From the NCBI GenBank assembly GCA_040752695.1, contig JBFMGO010000054.1:1-36367 (forward strand): DNA of 36,367 nucleotides, written 5' to 3'. Shown here piece after piece: positions 36,053 through 36,367 of this stretch; within the stretch, counting starts at the first letter, position 1, and each line of letters starts with the position of its first letter. Source of the stretch: a bacterium (GTDB lineage Bacteria; SZUA-182; DTGQ01). The notes beneath the pieces are model-generated. The model saw nothing but the letters and a program-made list of their open reading frames with translations. It made no database searches and was not told the origin of the DNA. The position numbers and the translations under genes are program-made.

Positions 36053-36277
36053 ATGTATCAACAGGCATATCAATTAAGAGAAAGTGATGAGAGCAAGTTT
36101 TATGCAATCTTGGAGTTCCTGAATGGAGAATCAAAGATCCAACAACAAATACCGAAGGAGGAAGAGGACCCGGAACCCAGTGATCCTGGTCTTGACTGTT
36201 CATGTCCTTTCTGCCGGGGAACATCGGAAAACGGCGCTTCATGTATTGATTGCTCTTCCACTTTTTGTCAAGAATGA
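36053..36277 (+). CDS. Small acidic Cys-rich protein (possible metal-binding)
   Basis: GGAGAGGG RBS 9 nt before ATG 36053; C-terminal CSCPFC-x9-CIDC-x4-C. Confidence 0.55.
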   Translation: MYQQAYQLRESDESKFYAILEFLNGESKIQQQIPKEEEDPEPSDPGLDCSCPFCRGTSENGASCIDCSSTFCQE

Positions 36278-36367
36278 GTATCCCTTTTTAAAGACACTTG
36301 AGAGTATCCCTTCGACAATATCGTAACACCGGCGATATAATACCACCGGATTCGGGGAGAAACCTCC

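Overview
Bacterial chromosomal segment, mostly housekeeping and envelope genes with one small accessory island. Left to right: (-) operon nfeD(long)-nfeD(short)-floA-Pro-rich YqfB-like gene-PP2C phosphatase (runs off the edge, not in the ORF track); (+) secreted HExxH metalloprotease convergent on a (-) DUF362/2x[4Fe-4S] gene; a 3.1-kb island bracketed by two 98/99-identical 99-bp MITEs that carries a ComEC-type MBL hydrolase and a YukJ(DUF2278)-lamin-tail gene; PilZ gene, mutL, miaA; a secreted, nearly charge-free Gly/Tyr repeat protein; (-) cobU-DUF4390-ntrY-like kinase-tsaB; GH57 branching enzyme; a small MamI-like membrane protein; a probable (+) operon ExeA(LysM/SPOR)-PilN-PilO/MshK-like-[P1B-ATPase fused to an HflK domain]-hflC-hflK-NTF2-like protein; (-) pfkA; and an AT-rich tail with a sigma54-type promoter and a small Cys-rich ORF. 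The best candidates for an undescribed system are the metal pump fused to an HflK/C-type SPFH scaffold and the MITE-bracketed two-gene cassette. Short in-place tandem duplications recur, notably copies of gene 3' ends at convergent junctions. I found no rRNA, tRNA, CRISPR array or transposase. All family calls come from motifs recognised by eye, not from database searches.
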